DNA from: Felis catus
Taxonomy: Eukaryota
Length of the DNA stretch: 64,000 nucleotides
Direction: 5' to 3'
NCBI RefSeq assembly: GCF_018350175.1
Contig: NC_058373.1
Coordinates: 5,580,001-5,644,000 of the forward strand
In this document: positions 31,951-43,900 of the stretch, piece after piece
Layout of the letters: each line of letters starts with the position of its first letter
How positions within the stretch are numbered: the first letter of the stretch is position 1
Translations under genes and position numbers: made by a program
The notes under the pieces: generated by a model
Databases searched by the model: none
What the model saw: the letters and a program-made list of their open reading frames with translations, nothing else
What the model was told of the DNA's origin: nothing

Positions 31951-34900
31951 CTACAGACAGAAGACGCACGGGGTGAGGGGGGGCCCGGCATCCACGGTGG
32001 CCCCGAGCTCACCCGCCTCTCCCTGGACTGTGATCCTTGTACCATGATGGAAAACTCGGGGGACTCTGAGTCTGGGACGTGGACAGAAGGAAGGGCATTT
32101 ATACCCACCGTTGCCTGCAGAAGGCTTCTCAGCGGACTTGGCCCCCACCTCTCCAGCTCGGACAGGGCAGTTTACCTGTTAGTACAGGAGCCGGAAACCG
32201 GGCTGAGGACGTGTTGCAGAGGCCCCTGGCGTTCGCCCCCTCAATGTCCTGGATCCACGGCCTGGGGACCAAGAGACAGTCTGGGATAAGCCAGGAAACC
32301 ACTGTGAGCCTGCATCGCCCCTCCCCGGACCCCCCCCCCCCCCCCTCAGTGCAGCCAGGCCATCACGTGGCCCTGCAGACCCAGGCCTGGCCAAGGGCCT
32401 AGGGAGGCTCAGGGACCACCAGGACCAAAGCAGGAGTAAAAAGGCAGCTTCCCCATGCTGATTCCCCACCTGCAGGTTCTGAGCCAGCACCTCCTCTGTT
32501 TGTTTATACATTATCTATTCTAAATACAAGTTACCGTCACACTCCCCTGAATTACGAAAGCAATATGAGCTTTTAGAAAACATAAAACGTAATAAAAAAT
32601 AAAAGTCATTCTTTTTTCTAACCTGTTATAAAAATTTTTAATGGTTTTATTTATTTTTGAGAGACGGAGACAGAGCACGAGTGGGGGAGGGGCAGAGGGA
32701 GAGGGAGACACAGACTCTGAAGCAGGCTCCAGGGTCTGAGCTGTCAGCACAGAGCCCGACACGGGGCTTGAACTCGCAAACCTTGAAATCATGACCTGAG
32801 CCGAAGTTGGACGCTTAACTGACTGAGCCACCCAGAAGCCCCTTAAAAGTCATTCTTGATATACTCAGAAAACCTAAAAACTCAACCAAGTACAAAGGCT
32901 GAAAACACTACGGAAGCCACACACAACCCACCATCTGGTAACCGTGATGGGGAGTATTTGTGGTGCATCCTTCCAGGTGGACATGTGTGTACTCGTATGT
33001 GATTCTCTGAAATATAAAATCGGCACCAGGTCTCCATGTGTGTGAAGCAAGGTCACTACAAGGGGGACAGATTCCATCTTTATTTAAAATACATGTAGGG
33101 GCACCTGGGTGGCTCAGTCAGTTAAGAGCCAGACTTTGGCTCAGGTCATGATCTCGGGTTTGTGGGTTCGAGTCTCACATTGGGGTCTGTGCTGACAGCT
33201 CGGAGTCCGGAGCCTGCTTCGGATTCTGTGTCTCCCTCTCTCTCTGCCCCTCCCTCCCTCACTCATGCTCTGTCTCTGTCTCTTTCAAAGATAAACATTA
33301 AGACATTAAAAAAAAATAATAATAAAATAAAATACATGTATTTTGGAGCGCCTGGGTGACTCGGTTGGTTGGGTGTCCGACTGCGGCTCAGGTCATGATC
33401 TCACAGTTTGTTGAGGTTGAGGCCCACGTTGGGCTCTGTGCTGACAGCTCGGAGTCTGGGGCCTGCTTCGGATTCTATCTTCCTCTCGCTCTCTGCCCCT
33501 CCCCCACTAGCGCTCTCTCTCGCCCTCGCTCTCTCTCTCTCTCTCCCCCTTGCTCTTAAAAAAACATTAAAAAAATTAAAATAAATAAAACACATGTATT
33601 TGTATTTTACATATATAGAGAAAAGTCTGGGAGGCTATATTTCCATCAAAATCTCACTGGGATTCTCTCTAGGTGGTGGGATTAGCGACAGTTTTTATTT
33701 TGTTTACGCTTCTCTCCACTCTTTAGGTTTTCCGTATGAACATTTTACAACCTTAGTTCTCTTGAAAGCCATTTTTAATGGGTTTTGTTAACGGATTGTT
33801 GCGTAGCCCTTATTTTTTGTTAAAGAAAAATTTGCACGCTAATTTTTCATTGCTGCGACACTTCCACTACCGAATGGGTAAGGCAAACATAATTTCTTGC
33901 CTAAGCCAGAACCCTTTTGAGAGTCAGAAGGGTAATGTTTAAAAAAAAGAAAAAAAAAAGGAGGGCCTGTGGAAGGTGCTCTGAGGCCAAGGGCACAGGA
34001 TGGACAAGTGGGACAATGGGAAGGGCCTGCAGAAGCTCTCACCTGGAGGCCGCCTCAGGTTGGTAGAGGCTGACGTGTCTGCAGCTGGAACCGCTCCAAG
34101 CACAGTAGGGGTCCCGGGCGAGGACACAGTCCCCACAGCTCTGGTACAGGCTGCAGTTGGCCACAGGCACCTGGACTACGCCTGAGTGGGAGGCAGCGTA
34201 GAGCAGTCCCTGCACAGACACGGGGCGGGGGGTGAGAGGCGGGCACGGGCGCCCGGGGCCGCCTCGCACAGCTGCACCTGGCTCGCGTGCCCACCAGAGC
34301 CACTCCCCAGGGGGCCTCCTCTTACGCCCCCGGGCACCCCACTTTCCGTTGGCTCATGCCACGAGACTGGAACTTTCCATCCTGCAGGCGCCAGGGAGAA
34401 GCTGGCTGGGGCCCGCTTATCGGTAATGAGGGGCACCCGGACGTGCTCCCCGGGCTCCTCCTCCAGCTCACCCTGCTGGCGTCCAGCAGCAGGTTCTGCA
34501 CGGGCTGTCCTGGCGAGAAGATCTGGAGCTCCTCGACGATGTGCACCCTGGGGCCCACGCCCACCGCCTTGTGCAGCCGGCCATCGCCTGGAACACGGAC
34601 AGCGCTCAGGCCCACAGCCCCACAGCCGCGTCCCCCGAGCCCGAGCCCGCCCCGCCGCGGGCACTTACTGGTGCCCAGGAAGAGCACGTCGTAGGTGTGG
34701 TGCAGGCCGGCCACGCGGTGCACGGCCACGCGCTGGTAGCGGGCGCGGGGCTGCAGCAGCAGCAGGCGGCTGCGGACCTGCCCGTCCATCAGGAAGTGGT
34801 CCTTGAGGAAGTTCAGCACACGGTCTGGGAGTTGCAGGGACGAGCTGATCTTCCTCTCCCGGGCACTGTCGGTGATGCACTGAAGGAGAAGGCGGCGGCG

Positions 34901-37900
34901 TGAGGCCGGTGCCGCTTAGAGCGGCCAGCCGGGCGGGAACCGCGTGGCCGCCGCCGGGATTGCCAGGCCCCGCCCCCGCGGTGGACGGCAGGGCCACCCG
35001 CCCGCCCCGCAGACGCCGCTGCACGTCACCCGCGGTGCTGCAGGGAGCCAGCACACCGATCGGGAGGCCCCGGGGCGAAGCCTGGGTGTGGGGCACCCAG
35101 GGGCCCTGGCCGGCAGGGTTCCCCTCCCTGCCCAGGCCCCTCGCCCTCCCCCAGGCCTCAGGAAGCATGCCACGCTTCTGCGGCTTCAGCAACCTTTCAC
35201 CAGTGCCGGAAGGAAGCCTAGGCTAACCAGGGTCTCCTAGTGCGGGGGGCATGAAGGTGCCCTCCCAGGGCCCCAGGTGCCCACGACGGTGACGGCTCGG
35301 GGACGCCCTCCGTTGGCTCTGCTTCCTCCTCTAGCTTTCCTATTCCCTCACGGTGCTTCCTGAATCACCTCCCTTATGAACCCCCGGCACTCAAATCCCT
35401 GTTTCAAGGTCCAATGGCAACAGGCTGCCATTATGGGCAGCCTATTAAGCTGGATGGAAAGAAGGACGATATCCCCACGGCCGGGCCGCGCGTCACTCAA
35501 CAGCTAGAGGAGGAGCTCACAGCTGGGCAGGGGAGAGACGCGGGTGCAGGGACAATGACAGAAGCGTGCACTAAGCGTCCCGATGGGCACACACCTGCTC
35601 ACTCTAGATAGGGCTACGGCATTCCAGCATTCGTAGCCACGTGTAACCCAGTAAGACAAGCAGGCCTGGCTCTTGTCCCCACGTTCAAGAAGAGGAAACA
35701 GGCTCAGAGAAGCCCAAGGAGCCCAGCACGGTGTGGGGACCTTTGTCATCCGCACCCCACCCGGGTGCAGAGAGCAGCACTTACCGCTCCGGGACGGGGT
35801 GTGGGCACTGGGTGGGTCACAGTGTACCACTGCTGTGTCTCCCGGTTCACCTCCTTGTACAGGCCGTTGAAGGCCTTCTGCACGTCTTTCATGGTGAAGA
35901 CACACAGGGCGGAGCCCTCCGTGGTCCCCCTGTGCCTACCGTGGAAATGGCTGGATTAACCCAGGAGCCCCGGGGCTCCGCACGAGGCCGGCTTAGCCCC
36001 AAGGCCGGCTTTGGGCCCCAGTCCCGTCACCCCCCAGCCGTCCCATCTCTGATTAGGTCCCCGGGGGCCGTACCACTGGGATGTGAAGACCCCATAGAAG
36101 AGGGTGTCCCGCCAGTCCTGGGGGCTGGGGCTCAGCGTGAAGACGTCCTGCAGCACGTTGAACGGGAAGCCGTCGTCGGGCCGCGAGCAGAGCAGCTGGG
36201 CCTTGAGGAAGGACGTCCAGCGTTGCTGCAGGACCCGCTCGCCGCCCTCGTCACCCTGGGGGAGGGGGAGAGACACTGGGCTCAGCCTGGGCGGGGGCTG
36301 GGAGGCAGGGGGAGCCTGGTGCCCCTTGCGGCCCCTCCCCAGTGGTAGTGGTAGCTGACCCAGACCCTGGGAAGGGCAAGCCACGGCTGGGGCCGAGTTC
36401 CATTTAAAAGCAAGAAGCGGGGCGCCCGGGGGAACTCAGTCGGTTGAGCGTCCGACTTCGGCTCAGGTCGTGATCCTGAGGTTCGTGAGTTCGAGCAACG
36501 CACAGGGGCTCTGCGCTGACAAGTGCGGAGCCTGCTTGGGATTCTCCCTCTCTCCCTCCCCGACTCGTGCTGTCTCTCTGTCTCAAAATAAATAAAGAAA
36601 CTTTAAATATACAAAATAAATAAACCAAATCAAGAGGACTTGACGGCAATGTCCAGGAGGCCGGCCGAGTAAAGGACAGTTCCCTCACCGTGGAACAGCC
36701 AGAAACAGAGCGGGGTCTGCCTACACGCAGGGAAAGAGGTCACGATTCCCAGCAAACACCTAAATACCCGCATTACAGTAGAACTCTTGCTTTGTAAGCG
36801 GTGTTTTAATAACGCAAATACGTATATATTTACGCATATACAAAGAAAGATTCCCAAGGGGCGTTCTAAAACGTTAACAGCGTGGTCACTTGTGGTGAGG
36901 CAGCAGGGTTCTAACGCTAACCCGGTCCACATCTAGTTGTTGCGTACCACGCTCCTGAGAGCTTTCTGTGGATGGGTTTTACCCAGAGCTTTCTGTGGAT
37001 GGGTTTTACCCACGCAACATCACTGAACAGACGAGGACGCTGACTGAGAGGGCACGGGACTTGCCCAAGGTCACAGGACCCAGTGGGGTTTGAACCGAGG
37101 CAGCCTGGTTTGAGACTATGCTCTGGATCGCGATGGTCCGCTGCCTCTTTACCTTGTAAGTGACTGTTGTGCACACTTTTCTGTATTTCCACATTTTCTT
37201 AAATAGGAAAAAAACCATTAAGAGCTATTCTCATTTAAAAGGAGAGAGAGGAAAGCAGTTAGCCAAGCTGTTCCTCCTGGAGGACAGGAGATGCCATCTC
37301 CTGGCGTTTCCTGATCCTGTACCCGAGGAGCCTTTGGGGTCTCCGGGGCGGCCCGTCCCTCACCTTGCAGATGCGGGCGATGCGGGACACGATGGTGTTC
37401 TCGAAAAACTCAAACTCCTGGCCAGTCTCGCTGAAGAAGAAGTAGATCTTGTCATCGTCCCCCTGCAAACTGCCCAGGCTCTCGGGAACGTAGGCTGAGG
37501 CCACAAACGCTGGGTCTGGGGGCCGACGGGGAGCACGGAGTCAGCCCGGGCATCCCGGACAGGCGGGAGAGTGTTCTCGGCCCTGCAGGGAGAGCGCGCC
37601 CCTCCCTGGGCTCCGGGGACTGCCCACCGGGTGCGTGGGGAGGACTTCACCTTGGAGCCAGTTGAGGGAGCTCTCGGTCTTGGTCGGGCGGAGGCTCTGG
37701 CTCCGGGAGATGGCCGGGTCATTGCCTTGGAAGCTGCTGACTGTTCCAGTGTACAGCTCACCGTCTGCCAAGAGAATGTTCCCATGGGAATGGCCCCTCG
37801 GCACGGCCCCTTCCGCCCGCTCAGGGCCCGGAGTGACCCCAGCACTGCCCACCGCGCCTGAGGTGGACAGGGAAGAGAGCGGCAACTGGGAACAGCCAAA

Positions 37901-40900
37901 GCAAGGGCAGCCAAGGGTCGCCCCGTGCCCCCTGGGAATCAGCATGGCGTGAACCCACCAGCTCAGGCCTGGGGGCCACCCCCCCACCCCCTCACCCCCC
38001 CCCCCCGCCCCGCACATGGAGCCTCAGTGAGCCCCTCCTGCCACTCTGCCCCCACCACTCACCAACCACCAGGGCCGTAGACTTGAAATTGGGGTCAAAG
38101 GGACATCGGCCCTTGCCATCCTCCAGGAGGATGTTCCCCGCCTCGTCCTGTGCCAGAGTGAAGTTCTCCACACTCTGCAGGGAAGCAGACAGGAGAGCTC
38201 AGGGGCTCACCAAGGAGCCTGCGGCCCCGGAGGGAAAGGAGGGAGGTGTGCCCCAGAAGGCAGCTCTGTGGGGGGAGAGGTGGGAGGCAGACCACCCTCA
38301 TCTCTGCACCGGGGGCACAGTGCTGGCACCGCCTGGCAGTGGCCCTGTGTGGTGGGCCCTACCGGCCCCAGGGGACACAGAGGAGACTAGACGGTACTCG
38401 AAGGGGCAGCAATGTGATTCACACCCGGGCACATCTGACTCCCGTGCTGCAACCCGCTGCCTCAAAGTGCCGCCCTCCGCCACAGGCGGGTGAAAAGCAG
38501 AAACGCAAGAGTGTGTGCGAGGAGGGGTGCATGAGGTGGGCTCCGGAGCTGAGTGAGGGCAGGGGACGGCTAGAGGAAGCAAGAGGTGGTGTCCTGGGTC
38601 AGCCAGGGTGCTCACAGGCACCCCTCCTTCCCCCTGCAGGCCAACCCGGCCACCAGATGTGGGGCGGGGCCTCAGGGCTCTCAGAGCCCACTGTTCCCTA
38701 GAAGCTTGGCCCTGGGTCCTGCCCTTGACCAGGGATCGGTGCTGGAGAACGGCTCCTGGCGCGGAGGGGGACACTCACGATGTAGGTGCACACGGGGCTG
38801 AAGGCTGCTGTGCCGCAGGTGAACAGGTGGCTGCTGTTGAGCGGAAGGAGGATCTTCACGTAGTTTTGACAGTCGCGCTGGGGGAGGAGGGAGGAGGTTG
38901 TCAGGCCCAAGCATGCCACCAGGGGGCACCGCCAGGCCCTCACCACCAGTTGGTGGGGGCGGGGGCGTGGTGGGTAAAGCCTCTGCTCTCGGGTGCGCCT
39001 CAAATCCCAGAGCAAAAGAGAACCCAGCAGCCTCCCAGGGCAGGGTAGACTGAGGACCACGGACAGTGTGCACTGGAGGGGAACCCAGGGGCTCCACTAG
39101 ATCTGTGTTCCGGAAACTTCTCTCCAGCCCGAGAGTGAAGGCACAGGATCCCTTCCTCTTGCGCTGTCTCGGCCCCTGAGGGTCTTCTTTGGAACCTCGG
39201 GGAAAACCTCTGGTCCTCCCCACCACCTCGTGAGGAAGCCACAGCCCAGAGCAGGACCCTGGACCCCAGACTCGTGGATTGCCTCTGTAAGGGTGTCTGA
39301 CGGGTGTCTCCGACCAAGCATCCTGTCGTTCCCCCAAAACTTCCTCCTCTCAGACCTCTCCCCCTCAGCTGTTCAGGCTCCAAAGCTCACGGCCGTCAGC
39401 CCCAACTCATCCCTCACACCTCCCATTTCCCCACCAGGAAATCCTGGTGGCTCCATCTTCAAAATACATCCAAAATTTGACCACTGTTCACTCCCTTTAC
39501 TGGTACCACCCCGGTCTGGTCTCCCTCCCTCTGCCCCTGCCCCAAGGAGACCACTCTCCACCATGGCAGCCAGAGGGACTCTTCCTTTTTTCTTTTTCTT
39601 TTTTTTTTTTTTTAAGTTTATTTACTTTGAGAGAGAGGGAGAGAGAGCAGGGGAGGGGCACAGGGAGGGAGGGAGAGTCCCAAGCAGGCTCTGCACTGAC
39701 CACGCGGAGCGTGACACGGGGTTCTGTCCCATGAACCGTGAGATCGTGACCTGAGCCGAAACCAAGAGTCGGATGCTTAACCAACTGAGCCGCTCAGGTG
39801 CCCCCAGAGCAACCCTTTCAAAACAGATGCCACCATGTCACTCCCCTGCCCAGCCCTTTGGTGGCTCCCCAAACACCTCGCTCAGAGTAAGTCCAGTCCT
39901 GCCCCTTGTCCAGGAATCCCACAGCTAACTCCCTCAGCACTGTCCAGTCCTGATGCAAATGTCCCTTTCTTAACGAGCTGTGGCCTGACTACCTGTTCAA
40001 GCGGCTCAGTTTTGCCTGTTGCTCTTTCTTCTTTTTCACTGTTACATTGCCAGTGTCTAAAAGTACTTGGGCGCAGGGGCGCCTGGGTGGTGCAGTCTGT
40101 TAAACGTCCAACTCTTGATTTCGGCTCAGGTTGTGATCTCAGTTCGTGAGTTCGAGCCCCACATTGGGCTCTGTGCTGACAGTACGGGACCTGATTCTGA
40201 TTCTCTCTCTCTCCCTCTCTCTCTCTGCCACTCCCCCGCTCATGCTCACTCTCTCTCGAAATAAATAAATAAATTTAAAAAAGAAAAAAAGGGGGGGCCA
40301 CTGGGGTGGCTCAGTCGGCTGAGCATCCGACTTGGGCCTAGGTCATGATCTTGCCATTCTCCAGTTTGAGCCCCAGGTGGGGCTCTGTGCTGACAGCTCA
40401 GAGCCTGGAGCCTGCTTCGGATTCTGTGTCTCCCTCTCTCTCTCTCTCCCTCAAAAATAAAAATAAACATTAAAAAAACTTTTTTTCGAACAAAAAAAAG
40501 TACTCGGGCATGGACCAAGTGCTTAATAAGTAAACGTTTGTCAAATAAAAGAAGTCACGGGCAGTCAGGACTTGAACTTGTGTCTGAACTCCACTCCGGT
40601 GCTCTCTCCCCTTCACCTTAGCCACCCTCTGCTGCACGCAGGGTAGGGAGGTCTCTGGGAATAGTGGGGAGCCCTCCAGGAGAACTCCCAGGCTGGACCA
40701 GACCCCATACGCAGTGGTCTGGCCAAAACCCCACCAGGATCTGTCAGCTCTGCTCCATCACACCACCTGTGGGGGGACAGGACTCCCACCCGACCCAATT
40801 GTTGCTCTTGCTGGAAGCTGACATTTATTTGGCACTGATTAGGTGCCAGGTGCCTCTTATGTATCAGCTCGCTGAATCCTCACAGCAAGACCTGAGATAG

Positions 40901-43900
40901 GTAGGCATCACTAGCCCCACTTTACAGGTGGAGACACTAAGGCTCAGAGAGGCAAATCTCCTCATTCAAGGTCACGGAGATAACAAGGACAGGGCCAAAC
41001 CCAGGTGCGGCCACCTCGGAAGCCTACGCTCTTTCTATCACAGCGGCTCCCACATCCTCCCTCCGTGCCGGGTCCAGTGCACCTCTCCAGCCTTCCTTCA
41101 GCCCAGGTGGCCTCCAGGTACAAGCTCACCTGTGGGTCCTTGCCCTTGAAGCTGCACTGCTGTTTCCTGTCTGCATCTGCGCTCCACAGCAGCTGCAGGA
41201 AGAAAGAAGGGGAGTGTGGGAGGGGAAGTGGAGGATGTACGTGCCCAGCACCACCACCACCACCCCCCCACCCGTCTGCATCGTCTTCACACCCAGAGGG
41301 TCAGTTTTTCTGTTTTCCCCTCTGCCATCCTCTGCCCAGCCTGGCCAGCCCCCGGCATCATCTCACCTCCTGGTACTCCCCGCCTGGCAGGAAGCTGGAA
41401 CTACTGTTGAGAGCAAAGAGAGCCTCTCGGGCACCCACGTACAGAGTCCTGCCATCCCTGCTCAGCAGAAGGGCCGTGTAGTTGGAAATGTTTTCAGCTT
41501 CAAATCTGAGGAACGGCCGCTTTTCAGAGCCTGGGAGAGGAAGACAGACATAAACCTGGGGGCCACACCTCCCACGAGAAACCTCTTCTGCCAACCTCTA
41601 GGACGGGCCGATCTGACGGTGAGTGAGCAACGCAGCACACGGCAAGGGGCTGGGGACAGGGGGTCAGGCTTAAGGGGGAACGCCATTCCTGGACTCTCCA
41701 ACATTATAGAAGAAACAAAGGCACGGAGATGAATGTAAAAGAACATTTATCATGGCACTGTCCCTATGAATGAAAAATTGGAAACAACCTAAGTGTCCAA
41801 CCACAGGGGACTAGATGAAAACACATCACTGTTAATACTCCACTCAATGGAGTATTATGCAGCTGGGAAAAATGATGTCGTGTTAGAAACACCAGGAAAA
41901 CAAGCAAACAGAAGCATACAAGAAAGTCATGGTCAGATATGAAGCAAACGAAGATAGAGCACGTAACAGAACAAAAGAGAGGGAAGGAGGTTGAACACCC
42001 GCCTTTGAGTGGCATCACACCCAAGGAGAAGGATCTACAGGGCACAGCCCACCCCTACCCCTGCAGCGAACCTGCCCCCTGCCCCTGCAGCGAGCCTCAT
42101 TTAAAATGGCAGAGGGGGGCGCCTGAGTGGCGCAGTCGGTTAAGCGTCCGACTTCAGCCAGGTCACGATCTCGCGGTCCGGGAGTTCGAGCCCCGCATCA
42201 GGCTCTGGGCTGATGGCTCGGAGCCTGGAGCCTGTTTCCGATTCTGTGTCTCCCTCTCTCTCTGCCCCTCCCCCGTTCATGCTCTTTCTCTCTCTGTCCC
42301 AAAAATAAATAAGCGTTAAAATGGCAGAGGGATGCAAACATGGGGCACCGGTCTTTACCTCTTTGCTCCCACTCAGTCACTCGTGGAAGATTCGGGATTT
42401 TAAATAGAATGTAAATTGTCACTGACCCTGACCTCGGGAACTTGAGTGAACAATAGACACACGGTGATGCTGGCTGCCAGGGGAGTTAAGGGAAAAGTGG
42501 AGTCTCTATCTTCTTCTGAGAGCGAAGAGGGCCGCAAGATAATGCCAGTGGTTAATGCAACAAGAAACTGAGGCTCAAGTATAAAATTTTTCGGGGCGCC
42601 TGGGTGGCTCAGTCGGTTGAGTGTCTGACTTTGGCTCAGGTCATGATCTCGTGGCTTATGAGTTCAAGCCCCCACGTGGGGGCTCTGTGCAGACAGCTCC
42701 AGAGCCTGGAGCCTACTTCGGATTCTGTCTCTGTCTCTCTCTGCCCCTCCCCCACTCATGCACTGTCTGTCCGTCTCTCAAATATAAAAAACATTAAACA
42801 ATTTTTTAATATAAAATTTTTCTTTAAGTTTATTTTATTACTTTTGTAGTAACCTCTACCCCCAATGTGGGGCTCGAACTCACGGCCCTGAGATCAAGGG
42901 CCGACTGAGCCAGCCGGACACCCCGAAGTATGATATTTTAAATTACAGAAGTAACCCAATACGGTGGTAGAAAAACAGAGGAGGTGAAGGGTAATGGGAT
43001 AGAGAAGGCCTTATTTTTCTCAGCAGCCAATCAGTAAATTAGACAAGCCAAGAAATAGTGGTGTAAGGCACTTCACCACGTGGAGGAAACCACTGTATTA
43101 ACAAAAGGTCTAAATGACGAAAAGGTGTCCCTTTCTCCAGGCCTGGGGCTGGGGAGGACAGAGGCATTTGCTGCTTTTCACGGTAAGTACTTCCCATACT
43201 TAAAAACAAATTATGTGCACATGTCCTGGATATAAACTTTAACTCTTTCTCATTGTTATAAAGTATGCAACACAAGGAAAGATTCTAATGATCTCCCACC
43301 AAGTGAAGATGAAGGTTATAGAATAGTATGCCTAGTTAGAGCCTATTTTTTTTTGTGTGGGAAAAATATAAACAGAAAAAAAAAAAAAATCCAGAAGGAT
43401 GAACCACACAGGGTGCTGAAAACTGGTATCCCTGGTGGGAGTAGAGGTAATTTTCTTTTCCTTTTTCCTTCTCATTTTTTGGATTCTACAACAAGCCGGT
43501 TCCTCTTGTGTAATGGGAAAGAAATAGAAGAAAAAGAAAGAAACACACATACCTATCCAACCAGGGTACCGTTTGTGCTTTGAGTGACTCATGGATTTGA
43601 AGAGAAATTATTCTAAAAATTCTAAGCAGCCGATAAGAAAAGAAAAACAGGCAGAACTCAGCCACCCTGCCCAAGCTCAGGTATCTCCTAACTGACCAGT
43701 CGGTTATGACCACGCACGCAAATATCGTCTCGTGAAGCTGAGGAAGCAAAAAATGCAACATGCCAACAAAGCAGTTGTGAAGATGGCTTTCACGTGGTGA
43801 GTGTTTTTACATACCCCCGGCCTGGCTCCACAAAGGGCAAGAAAATAAAGAAAAGGACACAGTGAAACAGAAACACTAAAATCAGGAGTAGGGAGAACGC

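Noticed and set aside
35936-35952. In-frame alternative acceptor 15 nt upstream of SEMA4B exon 9
   Set aside because: The upstream AG sits directly after the likely branch point (TTAAT), too close to be used efficiently; the 35935 acceptor matches the known protein
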